A stretch of DNA of 63,646 nt, filler included, from Craspedostauros australis (lineage: Eukaryota): NCBI GenBank assembly GCA_030167865.1. It is 8 parts of 8 records of this genome, joined end to end, with 100 filler letters (N's around TTAATTAATTAA, not from the genome) between each part and the next. Parts side by side here need not be neighbours in the genome. Positions count along the whole stretch, not along the records: positions 60,342 to 62,172 come from JALAGF010003915.1; positions 62,273 to 63,646 come from JALAGF010003931.1; 6 more parts are not named here. One strand, 5' to 3'. Below, one piece after another: positions 60,342 through 63,646 of the stretch; position 1 is the first letter of the stretch, and each line of letters begins with the position of its first letter. A model generated the notes under the pieces. The model was not told where the DNA came from. It saw nothing but the letters and a program-made list of their open reading frames with translations, and did no database searches. A program made the position numbers and the translations under genes.

Positions 60342-62172
60342 GCAATGTCCAGACCATTGTAGTGCACCATCAGACCCTGACGAGTGATCGGTTGGAAGAG
60401 CCGCTTGTCCAGCATGTCGCAGAACTTGTCGAAGACGGTCTTGTTGATCGCTGCCACAGCAAAGTCATCAACCTGTCGCAGCACAAACACCTTAGTACCA
60501 TCAACGGACCCTGTGTAGAGGCATGGAGCATGGGTCGTCGGTAGGAACCGCAAGTCCTTGAGGATGCCATTGATGTGCTTGCTCCATAGTCGCGGTGCCT
60601 CCGGATGGCCCTGCAAATTCTTGTTGACAGGGATGACGTGGCCTCGCGGTATGTCGGTGCCAAACTTGTGACGATACCAGGACGCGTACTGATCATCAAC
60701 GTTCATGAAGTACCGTTGCTTGCCTGCTGGCGCCTCCGCAAAAGCATTGGTGACATCGGAGCCATACACCTTGAGTCCACGGACAGCAGCGACCGCCAAG
60801 AGGAGACGAAACTCAGTCAGATCCGGCGTCGCCGCGTATGTATGCCCAAAGACTCTTGCATGCCCGCCTCTGGTCGAACCATCGCACACCGCTCTCGCCT
60901 TCTTGCGATTGTTCTCATGGGTCTTGATGACGTATACCCACACCCAATTGAACACCGCAGCATTCGAAGGCGGCACAACCGGCGCACCAAACATTTGCTG
61001 AGCATCGTATTGATCCAGCTGCTTGTACTCCGCGGCCTGCCATTGGTCCCAGTCATCCTGACGCAGGAGCTTTCGTCGCGTGAGCTTGACTGGAGCGCTG
61101 GTGACGCTGGTAGCGCGTGCCACGGGCGTGCTGGTGTCGATGATATCCCGGATGTGCCGCATTTGATCAAAGTATATCTGCGGCACACCGTGTTGTGACA
61201 ATGCGTTCCGGACATCATCGAATGCGAAGACGAAGTCGACACTCGTGGCTTGACTTTGCCGCAGCCTCTGTAGCTCTGCCTTGGCCTCAGCAACACTGTG
61301 CACCTGCACGCCGTCGATGGACATTAGGTGCGAATGTCGGAGCCGCGAACGCCATCGAGGGATTCGAGCGGCAGGTTGCCCTTGGCGGCAGAACATCAGC
61401 TGCAGCCGGTCACGCTGGGAATCGTACTGGAAGTCGAACCCAAGGAGATCATCGTTCCCGCTCACAGCAACCGCTTGCTCGAATTCGAAACCAAAAGGAT
61501 TGTCAGTGAGTTCGAGAGGAACGATATCCACTTGGCCTGTAACGGAGCATCGAGCCGCCGACGCGTGCGATAGGGATCTATCAAGCACGTCTCCCAGTGG
61601 TAGTGGCACGCTGAAGGCCAGCTTGGGCATGACAGCTCGTTGGATTGGCACCACCGGGTACGCAGCCTTCTTCCGCACAGGTTCGCACGAAATCTCAGCC
61701 ACCTCTCGTGGGAATCCCAAATCGTAGAGAAGCTGAGGCCCGGGTGGGCGCGTGCTGGAAGCAAAATGGGCTTCGTCGAAGACGATGTTGCCAGCGCGCT
61801 TGAACCTTCCCGTAGTCAAGTCGTAGTACTCGTGCAGAGTTGGTGTCGCAGTGTGGCCCACAAAGATGCCGCTGTATGTGTGCCGATCAAGCTTGGCAGC
61901 CGGTTTCCCTGGCTTCTTGACGGTGACGCGGGCACCAAAAACCCGGATGTGGCCGAGATCAGGCGGAGTTCCATGCTGCATCTCATACGGCGTCTTCCCA
62001 ATGGTGGAGTGATACATGCGGTTCTTCAGATATACCGCGTGTGTCAGAGCCTTGGACCAGAAGTCGGGCGACAGGCCGGACGAGTAGAGGAGAGCACGCA
62101 CCATGGTGCCAAACGTGCGATTCAGGCGTTCGACTTTGCCATTCATCCAGGCACAGTCCGCACCCGTAGGTT
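60342..62172 (-). mobile_element. Ty1/Copia (diatom CoDi-like) pol fragment: integrase C-terminus, SH3-like, PDZ-like, RT
   Basis: NGKVERLNRT, FWSKAL.HAVYLKNR, TPYE, RVFG, KLD...GIFVGH, FDE; then KKARAVCDG, DVTNAF, LQGHPEAPRLW, RQVDDF. INT-before-RT order indicates Copia. Confidence 0.92.
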
Positions 62173-62272
62173 NNNNNNNNNNNNNNNNNNNNNNNNNNNN
62201 NNNNNNNNNNNNNNNNTTAATTAATTAANNNNNNNNNNNNNNNNNNNNNNNNNNNNNNNNNNNNNNNNNNNN

Positions 62273-63021
62273 CCGAAGGGTGAATTCTTCACGAGAACCG
62301 CAAAACTGGAGAAGTGGAATGTATTGATATCGTCTGTCGGAACGAACACGCTGGGCGTTTGGTTGTAAACCTTGAATTCTCGGAGGAAGGACTCCAGTGG
62401 GAACGATAAGTCGCGGAAGTAATGATCGGCGTCAGCGTACATGACCCAGTCGTAGTCGTCGATGATCGCCTGCAGGTGGGGCACGCGGTTCCAATGCCCG
62501 AAATTCAGCCATGGCGATGCATCTTTCTGTTGCTGCGTGAATGATTCGGTTTGGTTAACGATCAAGTCATAATCCCACAGATAGGCGTAGCATGCCTTGT
62601 TGACCATGTGCTTCAATTCCTTGAGCCTTGTATCTGCTCCGAGGGACGGCACGAAGGAAGACAGCAATGCGATTCGTGGACGTCGTTTGTTGGAGTCGAT
62701 GTGATGAGAGCCATTGGCTCTGGTGTAGTTGATGCTGTTAGTGATGTTTGTTTCAGTCCCATTGAGCGCGGCAGATGTTTCTGGCTGCTCAGCAGTCACA
62801 ACCTTGCTGAAGGAAGGCATATCCTGGACTTCGATGAATGGAACCGCCAGCTGTCTGTTGGTTGACCTGAGAAGGAGCATGTTGGCGAAGAATGAGATGG
62901 CCATGAAAATATGCAGCAACGTAGCGTTCTGCTTCGTTCTTGCTGCGACCTGAGCAGTCGGACGACCACTTTCGCGGGACGTCGGCCGCCGCTTCTTTGA
63001 CTGTTTCCTGACCTCTTTCAT
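62273..63021 (-). CDS. Glycosyltransferase family 34 (GMA12/MNN10-like), 3'-partial at gap
   Basis: N-terminal TM, NKACYAYLWDYDL, WNRVPHL, YDWVMYADAD (DxD), VLVKNSPF. Confidence 0.8.
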
Positions 63022-63646
63022 CCTGACGGCAATGGCCGTGCGTGACAAATCCAGCTGATCTCAATTCGTTTGCAGTCTTCCCGTTTCAGTGTTGTCGGGA
63101 GATCCGCGCTTGCATCCTTTCTTTGCCATTGTCCTCCTTGTGGCAAACCGTTTGGATGATGTCGTTGTGGTCTTCGTCTCTTGGTCATCGTGTCTGCGAT
63201 CCTGTCTGCTCACATCACATGTGTTTGTTGTCCTTTCTGGCGAAGCCTACATCAACAACGCAAAGTGTGGGGATGTTCCAGTCGATTCTGTTCTCCTCCT
63301 CAATCCCGAATGCCGATTCGGGGTGACAAAAAAACCATCTCATGAGTACTCGTGTTAGTCATGGATCCCCCCAAATTTGTTGGAACCGCAGTATGTCGGT
63401 ACGACATGACTACGACGCACATATAACGTCAGGATTCTCATTTCCCGTTTGTGAAAGCTACGGTAACAACAACACCAACAGGTTTTAAGGCAAGTGACGC
63501 TCCCCAGGTGTTCTGCTTCGAGAATCTTGCGTTTGCAGGGCAGGTCGAGGCAGGTGCCAATGCGGATATCCCTAATGACGTTTTGCTTGCGTCCGGACAC
63601 TTTCTCTACGTAGCATGCGTCCGGACGCAAATTGAACGCTCAGTTT

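Noticed and set aside
63355..63630. Cys-rich 91-aa ORF at the window end; also 29424-29593 before the first gap
   Set aside because: Short, no recognisable motifs; cannot be supported.

Overview
Eukaryotic DNA with GT-AG introns, most likely from a diatom (bipartite plastid presequences, a DUF6824 protein, Ambal-type LINEs, a CoDi-type Copia). The window is eight contigs joined by 100-bp N/TTAATTAATTAA/N linkers, so adjacency across gaps cannot be trusted. Positions 1-35.8 kb are ordinary genes: Patched/Dispatched-like C-terminus, ChaN-like thylakoid-lumen protein, a long low-complexity protein, KU80, an LLP/DUF2423-like protein, an HA-repeat protein, MED7, HEMB, a CRAL-TRIO/DUF6824 protein, a decayed DBP8/DDX49 copy, SMC3, an MFS transporter, a GT61 gene bracketed by two ~520-bp MITE-like repeats, and a 5'-truncated UPRT. 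Positions 35.9-62.2 kb are transposon contigs. The best candidate for an unusual system is a multi-copy spliced gene fusing a piggyBac-like DD(D) transposase core to a lambda-exonuclease/YqaJ nuclease that is split by a ~500-aa insert. It has a nested 53-bp palindrome upstream; one copy is interrupted by a LINE and another by a 611-bp insertion with a 5-bp TSD. Two divergent APE-RT-RNase H (Ambal-like) LINEs share a covarying three-hairpin 3'-end RNA structure, and the Copia fragment carries a PDZ-like insert. All family calls are from motif recognition by eye; no database search was run.
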